A stretch of DNA of 32,789 bases from a virus (Duplodnaviria; Caudoviricetes). Under the pieces are notes generated by a model. It was not told where the DNA came from. It saw only the letters and a program-made list of their open reading frames with translations, and made no database searches. The position numbers and the translations under genes are program-made. Shown here in pieces: positions 8,415-17,500 of this stretch. Numbering within the stretch: position 1 is the first letter of the stretch; each line of letters opens with the position of its first letter. The stretch covers positions 1-32,789 of IMG/VR virus record IMGVR_UViG_3300043448_000344; one strand, written 5' to 3'.

Positions 8415-8816
8415 ATGGATGCAATAGAAAAGATGTCTGAAGAAGACATTGTGAGCATGTTCATGGTGCACACAGCCCGTGTATGCCACGAGGTGAATCG
8501 TGCGTATTGCCAAGCGATTGGTGATGACAGCCAGCCCACATGGGAGGACGCACCTGATTGGCAGAAACAAAGCGCGTTGATGGGCGTTGATCTGCACATG
8601 CACAACGATGTTGGGCCAGAAGCCAGCCACGAAAGCTGGATGGCACAGAAGATTGCAGACGGGTGGGAGTACGGCTTGGTCAAAGACCCAGTGCTGAAGA
8701 TTCACCCTTGCATCAAACCATTTGATGAGTTACCCAAAGAGCAGCAAATCAAAGACCACCTTTTCCGCGCAGTGGTTCACGCCATGCGCCCACCCAAAGC
8801 TCAAACACAGGAGTAA
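8415..8816 (+). CDS. RyR (ryanodine receptor repeat) domain protein
   Basis: HESWMAQKIADGWEYG...KIHPCIKPFDELPKEQQIKD matches the RyR domain pattern. Confidence 0.8.
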   Translation: MDAIEKMSEEDIVSMFMVHTARVCHEVNRAYCQAIGDDSQPTWEDAPDWQKQSALMGVDLHMHNDVGPEASHESWMAQKIADGWEYGLVKDPVLKIHPCIKPFDELPKEQQIKDHLFRAVVHAMRPPKAQTQE

Positions 8817-8819
8817 ACC

Positions 8820-9737
8820 ATGAGCAACACAATCGCAAATGTCCCAGCACACATTGCAGCGCGTATCGCTGCCCGTCAACAAGCAGGCACTAAGTCTGCC
8901 GTTGCATCAGCCATCGTCACTGACGGCTTAAACATTCCACGCATCAGCATCCGTGCTGGTCGCTATCGCCTGAACGAAGATGGCGTTGAGACAACCGTGG
9001 GCGTGACACTGGACACCATCATCGTAGGTGCAAACCCTAGAGTGTCGAAAGTGTTCTACGGCAAAGCGTTCGATGCCTCTGCATCTGATGTGCGCCCTGA
9101 TTGCTGGTCAAACGATGGCTTGAAGCCTGACGCAAGCGTGCAGAACCCTGTGCATACTGGTTGCGCAGATTGTCCACACAATGTGTTGGGCTCAAAAATT
9201 CTGCCCTCTGGTGCCAAGTCAAAGATGTGTGCTGACCAACGCCACCTCGCTGTCGTTGCAGCTGCTGACCCCACCAAGGTGTACAGCCTGACCGTGCCTG
9301 TCTCTGGCATGAAAGCCTTACGCGAATATTTCAAAGAGCTGGGTAACTACGGTATCGGCCCTGAAGAAGTTGTGACCGAGTTGGGCTTTGATGATCAAGC
9401 CAGCTACCCCAAGATCACATTCAAGCAAAAAGGTTATGTGCCAGAAAAAGCAATCACACGCATTGATGAGTTGGTGTCGAGTGATGCAACCAAGGTCGCT
9501 ACCCGTGTGTTAGCACCATCTGGCGCCACAGCACTTGCTGCACCCGCTGCCAAGGCTGCGATTGCTGCGCCCACCCCTGCGCCAGCTCCTGCTGCCCCCG
9601 CTGTTGATGACGCCTATGAAGAGGAGCCAGCACCAGCACCTGTGCAAGCAAAAGCTGCGCCAGCAAAACCTACTGTTTCCCCCGTGAAAGCATCGGATGA
9701 ATTGGCTGCTAAGATCGACAGCCTCTTCGACGAGTAA
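8820..9737 (+). CDS. Putative ssDNA-binding/annealing protein
   Basis: AGGAG RBS; CWS...CADCPHN...KMC cluster, Ala/Pro linker, acidic-aromatic C-terminus (IDSLFDE); followed by a terminator. Confidence 0.55.
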   Translation: MSNTIANVPAHIAARIAARQQAGTKSAVASAIVTDGLNIPRISIRAGRYRLNEDGVETTVGVTLDTIIVGANPRVSKVFYGKAFDASASDVRPDCWSNDGLKPDASVQNPVHTGCADCPHNVLGSKILPSGAKSKMCADQRHLAVVAAADPTKVYSLTVPVSGMKALREYFKELGNYGIGPEEVVTELGFDDQASYPKITFKQKGYVPEKAITRIDELVSSDATKVATRVLAPSGATALAAPAAKAAIAAPTPAPAPAAPAVDDAYEEEPAPAPVQAKAAPAKPTVSPVKASDELAAKIDSLFDE

Positions 9738-9743
9738 TAGAAT
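9715..9743 (+). promoter_or_regulatory. Candidate sigma70-type promoter upstream of the primase/helicase
   Basis: TCGACA (9715-9720), 17-nt spacer, TAGAAT (9738-9743); 5/6 match to each consensus box. Confidence 0.45.
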
Positions 9744-9757
9744 CACGACATAAGGTT

Positions 9758-9782
9758 CCCTCGGCTAAGGCCGAGGGTTTTT
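9758..9782 (+). terminator. Intrinsic terminator hairpin
   Basis: CCCTCGGC-TAAG-GCCGAGGG perfect 8-bp stem followed by TTTTT. Confidence 0.8.
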
Positions 9783-9798
9783 CATCTAGGGGCATGAT

Positions 9799-12765
9799 TT
9801 GGACACGAAAAACTTTCTTACTCGCATATTTCCCCAGATCGACGAACTGGTAATCTGCACGCACAAACCAGACCCATCAGGCGAAAAGCCTCGTGGTATT
9901 TTTTGGAATCGTGGCTCATTCGCCAACATCGACGACGCTGTTAATGCAATCTCAAAGTGGGACACAGAACCCACAACAACCGTTTACTTCGGCGTGGGCT
10001 CATTTGCAGGCCACGCATACACCGATGATCGTGGTCGCAACAAGTGGACACGCAAACAAGAACAAGCAACATGGTTCAAAGCCCTCGCGCTAGACCTCGA
10101 CATCGGTGAAGACAAGCCATACACAACACAGAAAGAAGGCTGGACTGCAATGGCTGCTGCGCTTCAAGCGATTGGTATGCCGGGGCCCATGGTCATCTCA
10201 TCAGGCAAAGGCATTCACTGCTATTGGCCACTGACTGTTGCGATCAAAAATGCTGACTGGGTGAAGCTATCAACAGCTTTGCGCCTCGCGCTCGAAGAGC
10301 ACGGCGTGCAGATCGACACCAGCAAGATTCACGACCCTTCAATGGTGTTGCGCCCAGTGGGCACGAACCACAAAAAACAACAGCCATGGAAACCTGTCGA
10401 GTGCAAGCGTGACTGCCCAGACTATGACCCACGCACACTGGTGCCAGTGTTGTCGCAGTGGATTGGCAAAGCCGCACAAGTGTCACGCCCAGCGGCGGCG
10501 CGCGCTGCAAAGAAGTCATCCATTATTGACGCCGTGCTGAACTCCAACGATGTGATCATTGATGCCGTGGCGCAACGATGCAATCAGGTCAAGGCTTTGG
10601 TCGCTTCCGGTGGTGTGCTTGATGCTGCTGGCCGCAATGTAGAAGAGCCGTTGTGGCGTGCATCCCTTGGCTTGGCCAAGCATGCGACCGATGTGGCTGA
10701 TGCAGTGACCAAGCTCGCAGGTGCGCACCCAGACTTCGATCTCGACAGCAACATGGAAAAGATCAACGGTTGGCGCGGTACAGGCCCAACGACATGCGCT
10801 AAGTTCGAGCAGCTGTGCTCATCGGGTTGCGAAGGTTGCCCACACAAAGGAAAGATCACAAGCCCTGCACAGTTGTCCGTGGTGACAGAGAGCAAGGTCG
10901 AGACACCACAAGGCGAGACCGTGTCGTTCACACTGCCCAAGGGCTATGTGGTGAACAACAACCAAGTGTTCCGTGAAATCAAAACCGAAATTACAACGAC
11001 CGATGCCAATGGCAACGATGTCGCACAAGAGGTAGTTGAGCTGGATTTGGTGAGCCCCTATGAGATGCACATCACCGGTGTGTATAACGACCCATCGAGC
11101 AAGAAGTCAGCGTTCAAGTTGCTGATCAAATACCCGATGACGGGCTGGAAAGAAGAAGAGCATGAGATGGTCGTATTGGCCACAGTGGGGAAAGAATTTT
11201 CGACGTTCCTGTTGAACAGACAGGTGTTTATGAAACACATCGGACAGTACGAAAAGGTGAGGAGCTTTTTAATGGATTACTTGACCATGGTGCAACAACA
11301 GACACCAACGGGACTTGATTATGTGGCTTTTGGCTGGCAAGAAGATGGCTCGTTCATGTGCGGTAGTACAGTGCTTGGCCACGAGCATGGCGTTTCTGAT
11401 TTGCGTTTGCGTGGCCCTGCCGCCGAGTTCAAAGACAAGATCGGTACGCACGGCTCGCGTGATGAGTGGGTGCGTGGTATGCAGATGCTCGACCGCCCCG
11501 GTACCGACACACTGCGCTCGGCTGTGCTGCTGGCTACCGCTGGCATCATCGGCCCTTCAGCTGGCAACGCTACATGCGTGGTGTCGATCTATTCCACCGA
11601 GACAACCACAGGCAAGACGCTGGCACTGATTGCAGCCAACAGCCTGATCGGCAACCCGAAAGACTTGTTCCTCAGCAAGACCGACACATCCAATGCGATG
11701 TACAAAATCCGAGGCGTGCTCAACCACCTGCCATGCTGCATCGACGAGTTGACCACCGCTGAAGACAATGATGTGGCGGATATGGCGTACACGCTCAGTC
11801 AGGGTCGTGAAAAGATTGCCATGACCAAAGAGCGCGAGCTGCGCAAACCGGCAACATGGGCAGGGCCAACGCTTGTCACCACCAACATCTCAATTCACCA
11901 GAAGTTCGAGGGTGCACAGGCTGGCAATGACCCGCTCAAAGCTCGTTGCTTGGAGTTGCCACAGCATGACCGCACTTTCGTCGAGACCCGTGCTGACGGC
12001 AAAAGCGATGGCTACGAGTTCTTTGACATCATGGCCAAGAACAACGGATGGGCATTCCCAGAGTTGGTTGAAGTTGTTCTGGCAAAGGGTGGACCTGATG
12101 CAGTGTGGCAATGGGCCGAAGCGTCGTTCAACAAGACCTTCAACTTCATGTTCGAGCCTCAAGAGCGTTTCTACCGCACCGCAGTCATCTCTGCATGGGG
12201 CATGGGCCGTATCGGGCATGCACTGGGTCTCTTCCCCTTCGACATCCAAGCCACCATTCAGTACCTGATCGAGCGCGTCAAGGCCACCCGCCAGCTCGCC
12301 GAAGACAACAAGACGGATGTGTTCGACACCATCGGCCAGTTCTTGGCAGAGCACAATGACCAGCTGGTCGAGTGCAAAGAAACCTACGGCTCAGGCGTCG
12401 AGCAAGTTGTGCTGCCAGCACCAGAGCGTGCAGTGGCACGGGTCAAGATCGTTTACGACAAGACCAACCCCATCATGCCGGGTAGCGTGGTATCCATCGG
12501 TGCCGAAAAACTACGCATGTGGTTGCGTCAGAAGCGTGACGGACTTGACCGCATCGAGCGGGAACTGGACAACGAAGGTGCGTTGATCAAGCGCCGTGAG
12601 CGCATCACGCTTTTCAAGGGTTGCCCCAAGCATGCGCCCGGCCAGATGCAGTGCATTGTGCTGAACCTGAACCACCCACGATTCGTTGAGAGCTTGACTG
12701 GCACAAACTCACGCCCACAAAGTAAAATCACCCTAGCAGTATTGCAAGGTGACAACGCCGCTTGA
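9799..12765 (+). CDS. Primase-helicase: N-terminal AEP/RepB-like primase, Cys cluster, DUF927-like region and P-loop helicase
   Basis: LDLDIG and SSGKGIHCYW primase motifs; CAKF...CSSGCEGCPH; FGWQ; TTTGKT Walker A and IDE Walker B; TTG start after AGGGG. Confidence 0.85.
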   Translation: MDTKNFLTRIFPQIDELVICTHKPDPSGEKPRGIFWNRGSFANIDDAVNAISKWDTEPTTTVYFGVGSFAGHAYTDDRGRNKWTRKQEQATWFKALALDLDIGEDKPYTTQKEGWTAMAAALQAIGMPGPMVISSGKGIHCYWPLTVAIKNADWVKLSTALRLALEEHGVQIDTSKIHDPSMVLRPVGTNHKKQQPWKPVECKRDCPDYDPRTLVPVLSQWIGKAAQVSRPAAARAAKKSSIIDAVLNSNDVIIDAVAQRCNQVKALVASGGVLDAAGRNVEEPLWRASLGLAKHATDVADAVTKLAGAHPDFDLDSNMEKINGWRGTGPTTCAKFEQLCSSGCEGCPHKGKITSPAQLSVVTESKVETPQGETVSFTLPKGYVVNNNQVFREIKTEITTTDANGNDVAQEVVELDLVSPYEMHITGVYNDPSSKKSAFKLLIKYPMTGWKEEEHEMVVLATVGKEFSTFLLNRQVFMKHIGQYEKVRSFLMDYLTMVQQQTPTGLDYVAFGWQEDGSFMCGSTVLGHEHGVSDLRLRGPAAEFKDKIGTHGSRDEWVRGMQMLDRPGTDTLRSAVLLATAGIIGPSAGNATCVVSIYSTETTTGKTLALIAANSLIGNPKDLFLSKTDTSNAMYKIRGVLNHLPCCIDELTTAEDNDVADMAYTLSQGREKIAMTKERELRKPATWAGPTLVTTNISIHQKFEGAQAGNDPLKARCLELPQHDRTFVETRADGKSDGYEFFDIMAKNNGWAFPELVEVVLAKGGPDAVWQWAEASFNKTFNFMFEPQERFYRTAVISAWGMGRIGHALGLFPFDIQATIQYLIERVKATRQLAEDNKTDVFDTIGQFLAEHNDQLVECKETYGSGVEQVVLPAPERAVARVKIVYDKTNPIMPGSVVSIGAEKLRMWLRQKRDGLDRIERELDNEGALIKRRERITLFKGCPKHAPGQMQCIVLNLNHPRFVESLTGTNSRPQSKITLAVLQGDNAA

Positions 12766-12775
12766 AAGGACAGAC

Positions 12776-13246
12776 ATGCCACGCGCATATAACTACGTAT
12801 TACGTGCAAAGACTTGCCGTGGGTGTAGCGCAGAATTTGAAGGGCATAGCAACCGCAAATATTGTTCAGCTAAGTGCAGAGATAATAGTCAGTTATACCA
12901 AGAGACGAGGCAAAAACTTCGTAACTCTAATCTTGCTTACTTTTTGAGAGAAAAAGTAGCCTTAGCTACGGCTAGAGGGAAGTACGAGGTAGCTGTAACC
13001 CATGAAGAACTAGCACTAATATGGGATAAACAGAGTGGGCTATGCGCTATCTCCGGCGTACCTATGACATATACAAAGGGCGCGGGGCGAGTTCCAACTA
13101 ATTTATCTATAGATCGTATTGATTCGTCGCTAGGCTACACTCTAGACAACATTCAACTGGTGTGCTATCAAGCAAATCTTATGAAAAGCGAGCTTAGTAT
13201 CGAGCAACTAAAATTTTGGTGTGAAAGGATTTTAAATGCCGCGTAA
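12776..13246 (+). CDS. AT-rich HNH-like (homing-type) endonuclease
   Basis: CRGC...YCSAKC zinc motif; CAISG...SIDRIDSSLGY...NIQLVC...N..K; visibly lower GC than flanks; AAGGA RBS then ATG 12776. Confidence 0.8.
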   Translation: MPRAYNYVLRAKTCRGCSAEFEGHSNRKYCSAKCRDNSQLYQETRQKLRNSNLAYFLREKVALATARGKYEVAVTHEELALIWDKQSGLCAISGVPMTYTKGAGRVPTNLSIDRIDSSLGYTLDNIQLVCYQANLMKSELSIEQLKFWCERILNAA

Positions 13247-13487
13247 TTATCGTGCTGAATATGATAAGTATCAAGGGCGACCTGAGCAAATCGCCAACCG
13301 CGCAAAGCGCAACGCAGCTCGTGCTGCGATGGAGAAAAAGGGTGTGGTGTCGAAGGGTGACGGCAAGGACGTTGACCACAAGACGCCCATCGCCAAAGGC
13401 GGCGGTAACGGAAAAGGCAACCTGCGTGCAGTACCTAAATCCGCCAACCGCTCCTTTGCTCGCACTCGCAGTGCGGGTATGAAGTGA
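13236..13487 (+). CDS. Small basic HNH endonuclease
   Basis: DVDHKTPIAKGG...NLRAV...NR. Confidence 0.8.
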   Translation: MPRNYRAEYDKYQGRPEQIANRAKRNAARAAMEKKGVVSKGDGKDVDHKTPIAKGGGNGKGNLRAVPKSANRSFARTRSAGMK

Positions 13488-13640
13488 TTACTTCTTAGCC
13501 TTTGGCTTCACGGCCTTGGGCTTGTCGTGAGCTACCATCTTCTTGGCAGCTTTCATGGATATGCCGAGCTTCTTTGCAAAGCCCGAGTCATGTGCAGCAG
13601 CCCGCATAGTGCGGGCTTGTTTCTCTGACTTGAAGGGCAT
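13488..13640 (-). CDS. 50-aa Lys-rich protein
   Basis: MPFKSEKQARTMRAAAH...; TAATG coupling with the upstream ORF. Confidence 0.7.
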   Translation of the reverse strand: MPFKSEKQARTMRAAAHDSGFAKKLGISMKAAKKMVAHDKPKAVKPKAKK

Positions 13641-13735
13641 TACTTCTTGCCTTTGGCCAAGCACTTGCCAGCGGCTTTGCACTTAGCGGGGGTCTTGCAA
13701 CCGGGGCAGGGCTTGAACATGATTACTTTTTTCAT
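13640..13735 (-). CDS. 31-aa Lys/Cys-rich peptide (not in ORF track)
   Basis: MKKVIMFKPCPGCKTPAKCKAAGKCLAKGKK*; fills the gap between neighbours. Confidence 0.6.
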   Translation of the reverse strand: MKKVIMFKPCPGCKTPAKCKAAGKCLAKGKK

Positions 13736-13742
13736 GGCGTGC

Positions 13743-13892
13743 TCACTTCATCTTGGAGGTTGATTTTTTGCCTTCGTGCTTCTTTTCCATGGCGGCGTAG
13801 GCTTTCTTGCTGCCAGCCATTTTCTTTTCCATGGCTTCCATCTTCTTGGATTCACCTTTGCCGAACGGGTTCATTTTGGGTTTGGATTTCAT
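13743..13892 (-). CDS. 49-aa Lys/Met-rich protein (not in ORF track)
   Basis: AAGGAG RBS; MKSKPKMNPFGKGESKKMEAMEKK...SKMK*. Confidence 0.7.
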   Translation of the reverse strand: MKSKPKMNPFGKGESKKMEAMEKKMAGSKKAYAAMEKKHEGKKSTSKMK

Positions 13893-13913
13893 TGTCTGCT
13901 CCTTGCAGTGGGG

Positions 13914-14144
13914 TTAACGGTAGTTTGCGGTTTTCGCAGCAATCTTTTTGGGTTGCGCTACGAACTGTTTGCCACGGGCGTTGCCCTTGGCTTTGGCCTT
14001 GTTGGTCGCCGCTTTCTCAGCGGGACTCAGTGACTTCCATGCTGCATCGGGCAGGTAGCGCTTTTTGCCCTTTGATGGGCTGCCGTCGCTTGTGCGCCAC
14101 TTCTGCGCTGTCCAGTCTTTTAGGGATTGCTGTGGGTTTTTCAC
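13914..14144 (-). CDS. 76-aa basic protein resembling the C-terminal part of DUF5872-like proteins
   Basis: GTG start in a GTGA overlap; QQSLKDWTAQKWRT...RYLPDAAWKSLS. Confidence 0.7.
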   Translation of the reverse strand: MKNPQQSLKDWTAQKWRTSDGSPSKGKKRYLPDAAWKSLSPAEKAATNKAKAKGNARGKQFVAQPKKIAAKTANYR

Positions 14145-14332
14145 GACTTGTAGCCCCCGCCTGCGGCCTTGTATTTCTTGGCCAGCAGCTGCGCTTTGCG
14201 GGCTGACCACTCGCCGGGGTCGCCACCTTTGGTGCCAGCTTTGATCGACTTGAACAGCGACTCACGCATGCCGGGCTTGGTGTAGACGCCTGCGGCGTTC
14301 ACTTTGGATTTGGTTTTAGGTTTGATGGCCAT
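14141..14332 (-). CDS. 63-aa basic protein, DUF5872-like
   Basis: YTKPGMR...GGDPGEWSARKAQLLAKKYKAAGGGY. Confidence 0.75.
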   Translation of the reverse strand: MAIKPKTKSKVNAAGVYTKPGMRESLFKSIKAGTKGGDPGEWSARKAQLLAKKYKAAGGGYKS

Positions 14333-14333
14333 A

Positions 14334-14588
14334 TCAGCAGTTCCATGCACGCAACGATTTGTTGATGCGGCTGTTTGGGTCTTTGGCTGTTTTGGCGCTG
14401 GTCAGCTTTTTCTTCATGCCTTCCATGCGTGCGCAGAACGAGTCGCGGCGTGGGCCACCCTCTGGCTGTGGTGCCTTCAAACCGGGCTTGCCGGGGTTGG
14501 CTTTGTTGTAGGAGGCACGCCCCTTGGCGTTGAGTCCGCCGTTGGGGTTCTTGCCTTCTTTACGCTGCCATGCAGGTGTTTTCGCCAT
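14334..14588 (-). CDS. 84-aa basic protein, DUF6321-like
   Basis: PAWQRKEGK..GGLNAKGRASY...RRDSFCARM...LRAWNC; GAGGAG RBS. Confidence 0.75.
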   Translation of the reverse strand: MAKTPAWQRKEGKNPNGGLNAKGRASYNKANPGKPGLKAPQPEGGPRRDSFCARMEGMKKKLTSAKTAKDPNSRINKSLRAWNC

Positions 14589-14590
14589 GT

Positions 14591-17500
14591 TTACTCCTCA
14601 GCGCCGCCACGGGCTTTTTCGATCTCTTTGTCCATGCGTGTCTGCAAGTCGTCGAGTTTCTCGTCAAGTGCATCGTAGTCAGGATAGGCTTTGCGGTACT
14701 CATCACGCTTGGCTTGCGTCATAGCAGTTTTAAAGTCACGCTCGATACGCTTCACGACGATCTCGTTGATTGCCGCCTGTTCGTTGACATTGTAGTCATA
14801 GAACTTGAAACCGAACGCACGGGCAATCGGTAGGCTTGATGGCTCATTACCGGTGATGCCGGTCTTGCCTTCAATGATGTCGTCCACCTTGCCGATGTTG
14901 CGGGTGCTGATCACTGGCAAAGTCATGATGTCGTAAGCAAACTTTGTGCTCGTCCACAACTTCTGCCACTCGGTGTCGGTGGGCTTGTGCAAAGCCTTAC
15001 CGGTGTAGGGATCGACGCCGCCAACCAACCCAAGGAGTGCGCTCACGAACGGGCCGCTGGGGGTCAACGACGCTGGAATCCATGACTGTCCCATCATGCC
15101 GTTTGGCAACCCGCGCGTGAACGATGCTAGTGGGAAGTAGTCGCCGAGTTTGTAGTACACGGGGTTTTCTTCGTCACCCATGAATGGAACGCGCACATGC
15201 AAGTATGGGCCCATGGAGCCGAACATGCGCTCACGGATGGACTCAGGCCCTTCTTTGCGTGTCTCTTCGTCGTCACCACCGGCTGCGCCAGCCATGGCGG
15301 CTTCGAGAATCATGTAGGCACCGAGCACGTTGACCAGTTTCCATGGCTCGTACACAGCGATGCGGCCAATGACTGGTGCCATGGCGTAGAACCAAGAGAT
15401 GAACGGCAACGCGGTTTGGCGTGCGATCTTCACAGCCTTAGAGTCGATGTCGTAATCACCGAATGCCTTGCGGGCAAACAGGCCAGCCTCTTGCAGCATT
15501 TCTGCGGATGGGGTTTTGGCACCAGCACGCTGTTGCAAGGCACCAGCGGTCTTCAAGAACGCAGCCATACGGAAGATGTTATCTTCAGCGGCGTACATCT
15601 GGGTTGAGACTTCGTCGATGTATTCGACGCCCTTGCCGACCTTCTTGGCTTGGGCTTGCAGCCATTCAGCTTTGGATTTCTCAACACCGAGCCAGCCGCC
15701 GACACGACGCATCAAGGACACATCTTCACCACCACGCAGGTTTTGTTCGTGGGCTTTGTAGATCGCCTCTTTCACTTCAGCGCTTGAGTAATCAGCAAGC
15801 ATGGCACCAGAGTCACGGAATGCCATCACAAGGTCGAGTTCTTCTTTGGTCAATGCCTTTGCATTGACTTCGTACTTGGCCAGCATCTTGGCAGCGTCAC
15901 GCATGGTACCGAACGAGATGTCGTGCATCATCGCCATAGTCACGTTGGACGCAGTGTTGGTCACATGGGTGCCGAAGTTCCACACAGTCTTAGACTTCTT
16001 AAACCAGCGCATGGTATTGTTCACGGCACGCAGGTTGACCAGAGGTTGACGATCGGACATATCACCCATGGCGTTCCACACGGGGCCGGGGATGTATTTG
16101 CCAGACAACTCGCCGTACACACCGGACTCAGGCAACTTCACCCAAGTGCCAGATTGGCGGTACAGGGCTTTGGTCTGTGGCGAACGAGAGATTTCCCGTG
16201 ACACTGGCAGCACCATGTCCTCGCGGATGACCACGCGTTGATCGGCAGGTACGCCCTCGTTTATAAATTTGTTCACAGCTTCGAGCGAGTCGAAGGCCAC
16301 TTGTGCATGCGCACTGTTTCCACGGCCCATGTCGTAGATCGACTTGATGAAGTTTTTGCTGGCGTAGTTGTTTGCCAGTGCTGCAACAGTGTTGCGCAAG
16401 GCGTTTGCCACATCATCAGCTTTCTCGTTGTCGATCTTTTCTTTGGCTGTTGTGTTGGTTGTGAATGTGTGCTTGCCCTTGACCACACCACCGTATGTCC
16501 AGCGGCGCGAGGTGTCAACAGTAAAGCCCAAGGGATTCTTGCTGTTCAGCTCGGCGAAGCGCGATGCAGACATGAAGCCAGCAGGGATCATCTCGCCGTT
16601 GTTCTTGATGCGGTTTGGCTCGAACACGCGGTACATGTCACCGGTCAAAATCAGGTCACCATTCTCGTCTTTGCGGAACCAGTCTTGGTCGAGCTCAGCT
16701 TCACGCTCAGTTTTGATGCCAAGCACTTCATTGATCTTGCCAAGGCCGAATGTGCCACCGGCAACTTGCTCGGTGGTTGACGGGAACAGCAGGGTCTCGC
16801 TGAACTTGCGGTTGCTGAACCATTGCTGCTCGACGGGGGTCAGTTCTGCAACATACATCTTGAACCAGTCGTTGAGCTTGTCGGCCACGGCCTTGAGCTT
16901 CACTGCATCGGGCAGACCGTCCAGCGCCTTGGTGTTACCGTCGAGGTAAGCAAACAACGCTTTGACATCGGCAGCAGGGCGACGTGCGATCACATTGGCC
17001 AAATCTTCAGCGTATTGGTAGCCAATGCCTTTGTTGAGCTTAAACCGGTCCATGACTTGGGACACGGTCTCGTTGACGTTGTAGCGCGAGTTGATCCAGC
17101 CCAGCACGATCTCTGCGCCGGGGAAGTTCTTGCTGATGAACGCACGAGTTTTATCGCCAGCTGCGCCGAGCATCTTCTGTGAGTTTTCTTTGCTCCAGCC
17201 CACTGCCTCAAACAGCCGTTGCGTGGCTTGCAGTTGGGCGGCGTTGGCCTTGCTCCACTTGCTGTAATCTTGCACGGGTACTTCCAATGCCGCAGCGATT
17301 TTGGCGTCGCTCACTGGCTTTTCAGTTTTAATGGCGGCTTCAAGAATGTTGCCGGTGCCGGGGTCGAAGGTGCCCTTGTTGAACACAGACTTGATCTGAT
17401 TCGGCTCGAAGACGATATAGATGTCGTCCACTGGTAGTGCCTTGTTGCGCAGCTTAGAAACCGCTCTCTCAAAAAGCGTTGGCGCTTTTTGACCGTCGTA

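Noticed and set aside
14130-14150. Programmed frameshift joining the two DUF5872-like ORFs at the A-run
   Set aside because: The stop codon precedes the A-run; an ordinary GTGA coupling explains the junction.
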